32,000 nucleotides of DNA, taken from Fastidiosibacter lacustris. GTDB taxonomy: Bacteria; Pseudomonadota; Gammaproteobacteria; Francisellales; Francisellaceae. Below the pieces are notes generated by a model. That model had not been told where the DNA came from. It searched no databases and saw nothing but the letters and a program-made list of their open reading frames with translations. Position numbers and translations under genes: made by a program. This document shows positions 9,630-18,693 of this stretch, piece by piece. Position 1 is the first letter of the stretch, and every line of letters starts with the position of its first letter. The stretch is taken from assembly GCF_003428155.1 (NCBI RefSeq), contig NZ_QLIR01000002.1:150001-182000 (forward strand). The letters run 5' to 3'.

Positions 9630-10029
9630 AATGTTTTTTCTCTTACAATTAAAAAGAAAATCTAAAATTCTAGGTTAAAAGTATCCACTAAAGGGATGTT
9701 ATGCAATAAAAGAAATTAAATTCAGACACATTGATTATGATCACTTCTGTGACTAATTAGTAAAAATCCTTATTTTATATTTTTGAATTTCAGATAGTGT
9801 GGAAAAACCAAGGGGCAGTTGCTTCATTATGAATAAACGAGCTTAATCTAAGGATGAAAGAATTACATAGGCATTAGGTTTTATTGAACAGTTTCTCTAT
9901 AAACCAATCAATTTGTCCGATAAAAGTGCTAAATATTGTGCCTTAAAATTAAATCTTGTAATTTTATCGCAAGGCGTCAGTACAGATGCTTTGGTAAAAA
10001 CAGTTAAAAATTAATGTTAGGAGAAAAAT

Positions 10030-11808
10030 ATGGCGATTAAAATTTTACTTAAAGGTAGTAATGAATTTTTTACTATTAATAAAAGTACCACTTTTTTTAA
10101 TAAAGGTAGTAAAGCTGTTGATGGAAATGCAAGCTACTTTGAAACTGGAAGAGCACATAAGCGAGGCGTTTATTCTGAAGATATAGAACAAGCACTAATC
10201 GAATTAGCTAAAGTTGAAGCAATAAAAAACGAAACCCCCGGTACATTCGGGGGTATAAAACCAGGTGTATCTGGGGGGTTTAAGATAACAGGGTTAGATA
10301 AACATGTAGTTCGTAATGAAAATGGCGATTTTATTTTATCTCCAGAGTACTATCATAAGCTTAGGTTATGTTATAGCTTAGACACTTCAAACAGTGAAGA
10401 AACCAGAGCTTCAATAGAGGCTATTACTAACTTAGGGGACATTGTTAGATCTGCTAAGGAAAACTCCGTTGATAATGAGAAAGCGCTTAGAGACTTTAAC
10501 GCAAATGTAATAAAGCATTTTTTGCAAACTGACATAAAGAATACAGAAGTTCTCCAAGCGAAGATTAAACAGGAAGCTGGAGTATTGCAACAAGCTTTAG
10601 AGTTTAATTCCCCTTCTTGGTCACAACGTGCTGGTAATCATATTAAAGATGGATTAGATAGAGTAGTTACGGCTATTGTTAATTTCTTTAAAGATGTATT
10701 TAACAAGCTTGGGCTTTTTAAGACTTCTGCTTTAGAAAAAAGACAAGCAGCATTAGAGTTAGAACTACAAGCTAAACTACCTGGAATTTACGAAGATAAA
10801 GACATAGTTGGACAACTAAAAAGCTTAATGGCTGAGTTTGATCAATCAAGGAACGTTGGTGTTCCAGTTATGGTAAGTGATGTGTACAGTTTTATAGAAA
10901 AAGATTCTTCTCGATATAAATCTTTAATCGATAGCGTCGGCTTAAACAATGCATGTGTAGCGATAACAAATGCGTATCTACCTAAAGAGTTAGATGATAA
11001 AAAAGCAAGAGATCAATTAGCACGCAATAATCATAAGCCTAATTACTCGAGAGCTAAAGATAGAACTCAAGGAACAAAAGATGAGCATAGAAAGAATTTT
11101 GATCAGAATCTTGCAGAGTATTTCACGCAACGAAGAGAAAAGGAAAATCCCAATCAAAATCATAACAGTGAGGACTTAGATACAGAAGTGAGGGATAGAA
11201 GGCTAACTCCGTACCTAAACGCTTATATAAATTCAGCAAAGGGAATAAATAAAATTGGTGAGGTAAATACCCATAGCGTTGAATCTAAAGTTTTATCACC
11301 TGAAGATAAATTAATTAATTTGCTTGCATTTATTGATAAAAACACTATGCCAGCAAATGAAGTAAACGGTTGGAAAAATGGTACGTATACATATAATGCA
11401 GAGTATCAAGGCAAGACTTACAAGCTTCCTTTTGATATAGTAAAAGCATATCGTGCTCATTACTATAAGGGAAATGAAGTTAATATGGATACCTTAAGCA
11501 AAGGAATATTAGAAGATCTAAAAGGTAGCTCATCTGAGAATATTATTACGAAAGTTATACAGCAAAGAGGTGACAATAACTATGGTGTAACGAATACATA
11601 TCTGGAAGCTTTAGGTGCCGTTAATCGATTTAATCCAGATAAGAGGTTGGTATTAGAACAAGTTAATAAGAGGAACTCCAACTTTGATAACGTTCTTCAG
11701 TATGGTGATATAAACAAACCACAAGTTGATATGAGTCAATCTAATAACGAAAAGCTGTTTGATCGTAATACCCGAACAATACGTAATGAAGCTACATTAA
11801 ACAATTAA
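10030..11808 (+). CDS. Hypothetical large protein, candidate type IVB effector (paralog-module protein A)
   Basis: 592-aa ORF with RBS AGGAG upstream; shares a C-terminal module (about aa 424-536) with the product of 12189-13985. Confidence 0.8.
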   Translation: MAIKILLKGSNEFFTINKSTTFFNKGSKAVDGNASYFETGRAHKRGVYSEDIEQALIELAKVEAIKNETPGTFGGIKPGVSGGFKITGLDKHVVRNENGDFILSPEYYHKLRLCYSLDTSNSEETRASIEAITNLGDIVRSAKENSVDNEKALRDFNANVIKHFLQTDIKNTEVLQAKIKQEAGVLQQALEFNSPSWSQRAGNHIKDGLDRVVTAIVNFFKDVFNKLGLFKTSALEKRQAALELELQAKLPGIYEDKDIVGQLKSLMAEFDQSRNVGVPVMVSDVYSFIEKDSSRYKSLIDSVGLNNACVAITNAYLPKELDDKKARDQLARNNHKPNYSRAKDRTQGTKDEHRKNFDQNLAEYFTQRREKENPNQNHNSEDLDTEVRDRRLTPYLNAYINSAKGINKIGEVNTHSVESKVLSPEDKLINLLAFIDKNTMPANEVNGWKNGTYTYNAEYQGKTYKLPFDIVKAYRAHYYKGNEVNMDTLSKGILEDLKGSSSENIITKVIQQRGDNNYGVTNTYLEALGAVNRFNPDKRLVLEQVNKRNSNFDNVLQYGDINKPQVDMSQSNNEKLFDRNTRTIRNEATLNN

Positions 11809-11889
11809 ATAGTACGTGATTATAGTGGAGACTAATTAGTAACAATCCAAAAATAAATTAGTCTAATCACTTCACCTCTCTTGGGGGGA

Positions 11890-11920
11890 TTTACTCGCGC
11901 TGTTTTTCAGCGCGAGTAAA
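11890..11920. repeat. Perfect inverted repeat, 13-bp stem with TTTTT loop
   Basis: tttactcgcgctg-ttttt-cagcgcgagtaaa; about 80 bp after the stop at 11808; GC-richer than surroundings; no T-run follows. Confidence 0.85.
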
Positions 11921-11960
11921 GAAATAGAAGTACAAGTTTAATATATTCTTTTTGTTACAT

Positions 11961-12015
11961 AAGGGGTCAGATCAACCTTAGTTGTGTTTTACCATTACCA
12001 CTAGCTGATATGACC
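11961..12015. repeat. Imperfect terminal-type inverted repeats ggggtcagatca ... tgatatgaccca
   Basis: Left arm 11961-11972 and right arm 12004-12015 (reverse complement tgggtcatatca) match at 10 of 12 positions. Confidence 0.5.
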
Positions 12016-12188
12016 CACTTTAAAAGTAAATGAAAATCAAACAATCAACTTAGTATGTCCTGCAAATGGCTAATCTATGTACACAAGTTATGATTTGGTA
12101 GCAGTATTTTGAAGCTCCGAAAGTTGTGTGCATAGATGAGCCTATAAAGGTAGGAATAATTTAACATAAGATAGTAAATAGGTGAATC

Positions 12189-13985
12189 ATGATAAAATAT
12201 CAACTAAAAGAAAATGGTGGTAATAACAATAACGATTGTTTAATCATAGCAATTGGTCGTCTAGCTAATCCAAATTTGAGTGAGCAAGCAGCAGTAGTAA
12301 AAGGCTGGCAGGCTGTTTTTGATGGTGTTAATACTATGGAAACAGACGCTTTGAAAATGCTTTATACCGAATTAAAAGGCGCTTACGTAGAAGATATTGA
12401 TAATATTAACAATTATTTTTCTTTAGATTTTAACGATGATAAAACGATAGAATCATTCGAAACTGAACTAAAAAAAACATTTGGGGATAATGATTTATCA
12501 TCAGAAATTATGCAAGATCAGTTGCATGATAAAGTCAAGCAAGAAGTTACGGGTTTTTTAAGGCATTTACAAGAGCAAGTAAATCTTCAAAAGTATGTTG
12601 AATTGCTTAAAATCATTCCTGAGGATAAAAAGCAAAATCTGATGCTGGTATCTAAAAATGATTTAGACTCTCATCCCGGGCAGGTTTATGAAAAGTTTCG
12701 AGATTTAATTATAGCAGGTAAAGTCCCGCATTTTTTGGTACACAATGGTGCACATTATAGCAATATAGTGCCAACTGCTATTGACTATAATGAGTACGAC
12801 CAAGCTATTGATCCAGAACCTCTAATCAAAAAAGCCTTTGTTGATCTTATGAATAATGCTTTAGTAGATGCTGCTGGATTTACTCACCCTGAGGTCTTGA
12901 CACAATTAGGCAACGATGATTTAAATCTGCCGCCATACACATTACAAACCTTAGAGAATGATCTTAAATTTGAACAGGATATGCGACAAGCAAAGGAAGA
13001 ATCAAATACCCTATCTGCTAATATTCAAAAAAATCAGATTGATGTTAAGCAAGCAATACCAGTTCAATCTGATATTGATAAGTTAAGTAAGTTACTTGAA
13101 TTTGTTAATGATAATATCGATCAGCAATACCTTAACAACACACGTTATACCTACCAGCTTCAATATAAAGGGCATACCTACAGCGTTCCTTGGAGTTTAA
13201 TGCAAGCATATGATCCTAGAAAGCTTGGTAGTTACGACGAAAATAGAATATTACAGGGGTTGAAAGAGGATCTTGAAAAAGAAAATGCGGCTGAAGTTAT
13301 TTCTCAAAAATTACGTGCGCCTATGTATGGTACTATATGGAATAACACATATGGGGTAACGAATCAGTATTTAAATAGCCTAGTGAATGCAAGTCAGTTC
13401 AATGAAGTGATCATGACAGCTGATGAGAAAAAAGAAACTTATCAATCTTATTTTTTAAACGAATTAAGCGAAATTTTGTTAGATAATCAAAAAATGATTG
13501 ACGCTTTGGTAGCGCTTGAAGTGTTCCGTTCTAACACAGGTGAAAAATTAGATAATTCGGCGATAAAAGCAGGGCTTGAGGGTTTAAATACAGCTAATTT
13601 ATTTGATTATCAAACAATAGCAGATAATTATAAATTGGATTCTTCTATTTCTGCTGAAGCACTTAATCAATATGGTGTGAAGAGTAATAGTTGGTCAGAA
13701 GCGCAACAGTTGTTTATTGGTACAGCGATAACTTGTGCAGCAGAAAAGACGCTTCAACGTTTTCTTCCGCAAGGTAGTGAAATTAATTCTGAAAATGATT
13801 TTAAAAAGCTTGAATATTTAAAACCAACTGGTGGATTGTATCAAGACCTTGCAAAGAATCCTATATACCAAGATATTATCCAATCAGCAAAGAATAATTG
13901 GGCTGTAGAGAAGGATAATGAATTCAGTTTATTTAATCCTAAAAACCAAGAATATTTACAGGATTTAGCTAACAACAATCTTTAG
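12189..13985 (+). CDS. Hypothetical large protein with possible OTU/papain-like cysteine protease N-terminus (paralog-module protein B), candidate effector
   Basis: 598-aa ORF, RBS AGGTGA. N-terminus NNNNDCLIIAIGRL (Cys17) and VPHFLVHNGAHYSNIVP (His189). Shared C-terminal module (about aa 295-406) with 10030-11808. Confidence 0.8.
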   Translation: MIKYQLKENGGNNNNDCLIIAIGRLANPNLSEQAAVVKGWQAVFDGVNTMETDALKMLYTELKGAYVEDIDNINNYFSLDFNDDKTIESFETELKKTFGDNDLSSEIMQDQLHDKVKQEVTGFLRHLQEQVNLQKYVELLKIIPEDKKQNLMLVSKNDLDSHPGQVYEKFRDLIIAGKVPHFLVHNGAHYSNIVPTAIDYNEYDQAIDPEPLIKKAFVDLMNNALVDAAGFTHPEVLTQLGNDDLNLPPYTLQTLENDLKFEQDMRQAKEESNTLSANIQKNQIDVKQAIPVQSDIDKLSKLLEFVNDNIDQQYLNNTRYTYQLQYKGHTYSVPWSLMQAYDPRKLGSYDENRILQGLKEDLEKENAAEVISQKLRAPMYGTIWNNTYGVTNQYLNSLVNASQFNEVIMTADEKKETYQSYFLNELSEILLDNQKMIDALVALEVFRSNTGEKLDNSAIKAGLEGLNTANLFDYQTIADNYKLDSSISAEALNQYGVKSNSWSEAQQLFIGTAITCAAEKTLQRFLPQGSEINSENDFKKLEYLKPTGGLYQDLAKNPIYQDIIQSAKNNWAVEKDNEFSLFNPKNQEYLQDLANNNL

Positions 13986-14030
13986 TTTATACAGATAAGT
14001 AAATGTAATACCTAAATTTAGGCGTAAAAT

Positions 14031-14513
14031 ATGAGCGTTAATATTGAGAAAATAAAAGAAAAACTAAAATCTTTACGAAAAGAAAATTTAGATAACGGAA
14101 GCCGTACTGTCGTAATGGAGAAATGTCTTTTAACAGAAGAGGTTGGGTTTATACAAACGTTAGTTGAAAAAGGGATAAATAAAGATGATGCTTTCGTTGC
14201 TTGGTTTGCCTTATCCCCTATGGCGACAAGCTCAAAAACATTTGATCAATTTTCAGCATTTGTTGATATGTTGGAAAATAAACCTAATGAATTTTCAAGT
14301 ATGATGCAAGACGTAAGAGATAGTTATCTAGTAGCAAGTGGAGCTCCACATCTAAAAGTATTTTTATCTGAAAATAGATATAAAAATGAGCAATTTGAAG
14401 AAGCTTTTAATAAGGTCTGCAAAAAAATAGACGCTTCTAAAGTGAAGAATGAAGGTAATTTTATTTTTATGCAAAATCAAAAACCATTAGAAAAAAGCAT
14501 GACCTTTAAATAA
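14031..14513 (+). CDS. Hypothetical small soluble protein
   Basis: 160-aa ORF, 45 bp after the previous gene, same strand, no recognised family. Confidence 0.65.
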   Translation: MSVNIEKIKEKLKSLRKENLDNGSRTVVMEKCLLTEEVGFIQTLVEKGINKDDAFVAWFALSPMATSSKTFDQFSAFVDMLENKPNEFSSMMQDVRDSYLVASGAPHLKVFLSENRYKNEQFEEAFNKVCKKIDASKVKNEGNFIFMQNQKPLEKSMTFK

Positions 14514-14667
14514 TCTCAGTTCGGTATAAAAGGGTAAAACTCACCTATTGCTTGGGTTGATTGCCTATTGTTTTCAAACTTAAAAAACCAAGTTTACGTG
14601 CTGAAAAAAATGAGTGGGTTGTATTATAAACTTTTATATCTAACCCAAGTTAAGTAAAGGAAAGTCT

Positions 14668-16281
14668 ATGGAAGTGACATTTGTAAACTCAACTGAAAGA
14701 GTGACTGTAACAAAGACAGATAAAACTCAAAAAATAGATGGTAAGAACTCAAGAGGTGGTAGCCAATATAATGGTTTTTATACATTTTATAAAGAAGGTC
14801 AAAATCCAAATGAACAAGGTGAATATTTTATAAAGGTTCCTAAAAAAGAAACTGAATTTTTCTTTGAAGCCTTAGCGGCAAGGATTATTTGTAAATTTAA
14901 AGATAACAAAATACTACCGCATGACTATCACGATTTGCTTGTGACTGCGGAGCCTGTTACTATTTTTGATGGGGATAAAAAGACAAAGGCGCTTGCATCA
15001 AAAAAGGCAAAGGTTACTGAGCTTTTTAAACTCTTTTTCCCTTGGGAAAAAAGAAGCATAAGAAGTAATAAGTTAGAGAAATTTGATAACAAATATTTAT
15101 ACCAGCTGATTACTAGCTTTAAATCTGCCAACAGTGGGTTATCAATGGTTATATTTATCTCACTTTTGCTTGGTGATTATAGTGTTCACTCAGGTAATAT
15201 TTTTGGCACAATAGGAAAAGATGGCAAGATTTGCCTTGGGAAATTAGATTTTGGGGCAGCTTTTCGTGACTTTATGAAAAACAAGAGTCTTGTTAAGGCA
15301 TATGAATATGAAGTTAGTTTATATAAAAAATGGTATAAAAATTATCTTGAGTATTATCTGAGAATCCCAGGATTTATAGAATCGTTGGAAAAGGCGAGAA
15401 ATACTTTTTTCTCCCAAGCGTCTCCAGATATCATACTACAGTGTTTTAACGAGGCATTTGATGAATGTTATAACTTTTTTGAACTTGATAAAAATAAGAC
15501 ACTTCGACAATCATTGTCCGAATACAGTGGTCTTAACTTTGAAAGTCCAAAAGATAGAACAGATCAGTTTAATCGTGTAATTTCTGATAGAATGACACAA
15601 AGTTTAATCAGCAATACGCCTGAATACAACGATAAAAATATAAAGGCATATAAAAGATATACAACTATCGTTAATAAAAAAGAAGAAGGGGACTGTAATA
15701 CTGATTATTGTAATACTAGTAACAAACAAGAGCGATCTGAAAACGATAATCCACAAGGAAGTGATGCTAAGCATAACTTGCGGAGCATCCTCCTGAGTGC
15801 ATATGAGCGAAAAAGTAACGATAATGAGTTTAATATGAAAGCGCTTTTTACCAGCTTGATGAAACTTTATGCGCATATGCTAGGAAAAAACTCATCTAAA
15901 GAGGCAGTACATAATAAAGACTTAAGAAGGCAAAAATATAATATTTTAAGTAACCTCATAAAAGATATCAGTGAGATTTTGACCAACAGCAATAGTAATG
16001 GTAGTGATGGGCAAAAATCAAAATATCAAAGTGTTATGGAAAAGTTTAATGAAATTGAGAATAATGGTGCCCTAAGCTGTCTAGATATCCATTCCTCTAG
16101 ATGGAAAGAGCTGTTACGATCTTTTGTTTATTTAGTTTTATGCCCTATGCTACTCTTTATACCATTAGCATTTCAATCCTTTAGAGAATGTCTGGCACCA
16201 ACGAGCGCTACGCTTTTCAATCAAACAAAAAACATACTCAAAAAAACAAAGGAAAATGACTTTGATAATATAAATATATAA
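14668..16281 (+). CDS. Atypical kinase-like protein with C-terminal hydrophobic segment, candidate effector
   Basis: 537 aa, RBS AAGGAAAG. GEYFIKVPKKETEFFFEALAARI (possible Lys/Glu pair), LLGDYSVHSGNIFGTIGKDGKICLGKLDFGAAFRDF (H..N and DFG as in HipA/PI-kinase-like folds); C-terminal YLVLCPMLLFIPLAFQSF. Confidence 0.7.
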   Translation: MEVTFVNSTERVTVTKTDKTQKIDGKNSRGGSQYNGFYTFYKEGQNPNEQGEYFIKVPKKETEFFFEALAARIICKFKDNKILPHDYHDLLVTAEPVTIFDGDKKTKALASKKAKVTELFKLFFPWEKRSIRSNKLEKFDNKYLYQLITSFKSANSGLSMVIFISLLLGDYSVHSGNIFGTIGKDGKICLGKLDFGAAFRDFMKNKSLVKAYEYEVSLYKKWYKNYLEYYLRIPGFIESLEKARNTFFSQASPDIILQCFNEAFDECYNFFELDKNKTLRQSLSEYSGLNFESPKDRTDQFNRVISDRMTQSLISNTPEYNDKNIKAYKRYTTIVNKKEEGDCNTDYCNTSNKQERSENDNPQGSDAKHNLRSILLSAYERKSNDNEFNMKALFTSLMKLYAHMLGKNSSKEAVHNKDLRRQKYNILSNLIKDISEILTNSNSNGSDGQKSKYQSVMEKFNEIENNGALSCLDIHSSRWKELLRSFVYLVLCPMLLFIPLAFQSFRECLAPTSATLFNQTKNILKKTKENDFDNINI

Positions 16282-16421
16282 AAAATTTATCCGCTATATA
16301 TTAGCAATTCAATGTCCCCAATGTATCTAAATCAGGCAAAATTGAAAGTTAGAAATGGTGTAAAATGGCTAGTGATGAGTATATACTAGTGCAAGTATAA
16401 AATTAACCTTAATTAGCTTAC

Positions 16422-17057
16422 ATGAAAACAGCAAAAGTCATTGCACTTCTACAACAAAAAGGTGGCTCAGGTAAGACCACAACAGCTATGAATATTTATG
16501 GTGGATTAAAAGAATTAGGGCATAATGTTCTTGTTATTGATATGGATAAGGATAAGCCAGATGCTTGGTCATGGGCAGCAAAGAGTGAAAGTCTGGCTGA
16601 TAGTGTGATTCAAGTTGACGAAAAACATGCTAGAGAAACCATTACCGAAATTAAATCAAAAGCTGATTTCATTGTGATTGATACGCCACCTAATTTTCAA
16701 ACAGCAGCGCTAAAAGCTGCACTTTTAGCTGATTTGGTAATTATTCCCTCTGCTCCTAGCGGCATGGATTTATCCGGACTCTTAGAAGCAAAGGATTTAG
16801 CATTAACTGCTGATCGTCCTTATCGGTTATTAGGTAATCGTGTCATGAAAGGCTCAAATATGTCTAGAAGCTTGTTAAAGGTATTGGAAGAAGAAGGAAA
16901 GTCTTTTAGCACTTATATTCCACAGAGTGTAAAATTTGTAGAAGCAGAAGCATCGGGCATGTATATTGGTGATTATGCGCCAGAGAGTAATGTTCATATT
17001 CAGGTTAGGAGGTTAGCAAAAGAAATTGTAGCATTTTTTGTGGGAGTTTCTGCATGA
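16422..17057 (+). CDS. parA: ParA-family partitioning ATPase
   Basis: AKVIALLQQKGGSGKTTTAMNIYGGL (deviant Walker A), VIDMDKDKPDAWSW, FIVIDTPPNFQ. Confidence 0.92.
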   Translation: MKTAKVIALLQQKGGSGKTTTAMNIYGGLKELGHNVLVIDMDKDKPDAWSWAAKSESLADSVIQVDEKHARETITEIKSKADFIVIDTPPNFQTAALKAALLADLVIIPSAPSGMDLSGLLEAKDLALTADRPYRLLGNRVMKGSNMSRSLLKVLEEEGKSFSTYIPQSVKFVEAEASGMYIGDYAPESNVHIQVRRLAKEIVAFFVGVSA

Positions 17058-17962
17058 ATGCTAAAGTATCATTGGCGAACCGAAAGCGTATCCACGAATT
17101 AGGCAACAAAGAAGGTAATTCTGACAGCAAAAAAGATGAACTTTTGGCACTACAGCTAAAGCAATTAAATGATAAAGCACAAAGTGCAGGTACGTTGCGT
17201 GATATTAGGTTAACAGAGTTGTTACCCGATCCTAATCAACCGCGTAAAATTTTCAAAAATATCGATATGCTAGCGCAAAGTATTGAACAAAAAGGTATCA
17301 TCCAACCGATTATAGTTACGCCTAAAAAAGAAGATGGTTTTTATCATATTATTGCGGGTGAGCGACGTTTTCGAGCAGCAAAGGAATTGGGCTTGTCTGT
17401 TGTGCCGTGCATTTTACGCGAAGAAGCTGATAATGAGATTTTAATTGTTCAGTTATTAGAAAATGAACAGCGTGAAAAAGTATCTCCATTTGAAGAAGCA
17501 GATGCGCTAACCGAGTTAGTTCTAAAGCGTAAAATGAATAAGATAGATGTTGCAAAATCATTGGGGCGAGAGCCAAGTTGGGTGTCTATGCGCTTGAAAA
17601 TTGCGAAGTCTTCAGTTGCAATACGCATGTTAACGGTGGATGGTTTTATCGAAGATGTGCGTACACTTTATGAGCTGAAAAAACTAGAAGATGAGCTCCC
17701 ACAAGTAGCCAATCAATTTGTCCAAAAAGTGCGCGATAATAAGGTACATGGTGCTTATCGTCAAGCAATAAAACGTGCCAAAGAAGTTTGGTATAAAAAG
17801 CAAGAGCAGTTAGGTGGCAAAGAAAGCGCAATTCAGATAGAAGAAGTTTTGAACTTAGATGACGGGCTTATTGGTTTTAAGTCAGAAAAAGCACATGCTA
17901 GTAAGCTTTATACGTTTAAGCTATCCAAAACCGCAATCATGCAATTAAAAGAGATGCTTTAA
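17054..17962 (+). CDS. parB: ParB/Spo0J-family partition protein
   Basis: LPDPNQPRKIF, GIIQPIIVTP, YHIIAGERRFRAAKELGLSVVPCI, LLENEQREKVSPFEEADAL, HTH KMNKIDVAKSLGREPSWVSMRLKIA. 4-bp overlap with parA. Confidence 0.94.
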   Translation: MNAKVSLANRKRIHELGNKEGNSDSKKDELLALQLKQLNDKAQSAGTLRDIRLTELLPDPNQPRKIFKNIDMLAQSIEQKGIIQPIIVTPKKEDGFYHIIAGERRFRAAKELGLSVVPCILREEADNEILIVQLLENEQREKVSPFEEADALTELVLKRKMNKIDVAKSLGREPSWVSMRLKIAKSSVAIRMLTVDGFIEDVRTLYELKKLEDELPQVANQFVQKVRDNKVHGAYRQAIKRAKEVWYKKQEQLGGKESAIQIEEVLNLDDGLIGFKSEKAHASKLYTFKLSKTAIMQLKEML

Positions 17963-17973
17963 GGTAATAAAAA

Positions 17974-18693
17974 ATGAAGGTTGCATTATTGCAAGCCGAT
18001 CATATTCCTGAGTATCGGCGATGCGTATCAGGTGGTAATTATCCTGAGATGTTTGCTAATCTTTTTTTAAAGGTCTCCACAATAGTTGATATTGATGTGT
18101 TTGATGTAACGATTGGTCAATACCCGCATGATTTAAATAAGTATGATAGATACATTATCACTGGCAGCAAAGCCACAACTTTTGAGAGATTGGATTGGAT
18201 TTACGAATTAGAAGGAAAAATACGAACCTTATATACACTTAGGAAAAAAACCATTGGTATTTGTTTTGGACACCAAATTTTGGCTCAAGCATTAGGTGGT
18301 CGTGTTGAGCGCTCTATAAAGGGATGGGGTGTGGGTGTTCAATGTATTAAAATCATGGAAAGAAGAAGTTGGATGCATCCCTTTTATGATCATTTGAGTT
18401 TAAATTTTTATCATCAAGACCAAGTTGTTACATTGCCAGATAATGCAATAATAATTGCAACAAATACATTTTGCCCGATCCAAATGTTTGTCATAGATGA
18501 TGTGGTTTGGGGGATGCAAGCACATCCTGAGATGTTGCGTGCACATAATCATCTTTTAATTAAAGAACAAAAAGAAGCATTGGCACATTGTTTTAAGCCT
18601 AGCATAGATAGTTTAAGGATGCGTGATCATGGACAAGTGGTTGCGCAGTGGATGGTAAATTTTTTTGAGGGAGTCATAAATGAAGATTGGTAG
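17974..18693 (+). CDS. Class I glutamine amidotransferase (GMP-synthase GATase-like)
   Basis: TIGICFGHQILAQALGGRVERS nucleophile elbow and GMQAHPEM His/Glu motif. Confidence 0.9.
   Translation: MKVALLQADHIPEYRRCVSGGNYPEMFANLFLKVSTIVDIDVFDVTIGQYPHDLNKYDRYIITGSKATTFERLDWIYELEGKIRTLYTLRKKTIGICFGHQILAQALGGRVERSIKGWGVGVQCIKIMERRSWMHPFYDHLSLNFYHQDQVVTLPDNAIIIATNTFCPIQMFVIDDVVWGMQAHPEMLRAHNHLLIKEQKEALAHCFKPSIDSLRMRDHGQVVAQWMVNFFEGVINEDW

Noticed and set aside
14551-14649. Inverted pair cttgggtt/aacccaag
   Set aside because: 8-bp arms separated by 83 nt in an AT-rich region; weak evidence of function.
14928-15876. Minus-strand ORFs 14928-15131 and 15604-15876
   Set aside because: Antisense to the kinase-like gene; no recognisable domain.
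16364-16390. ctagtg...actagtg repeats upstream of parA as a parS-like operator
   Set aside because: Too short and imperfect; no match to the known parS 16-mer pattern.
17349-17831. Minus-strand ORFs inside parB
   Set aside because: Antisense to conserved parB motifs.
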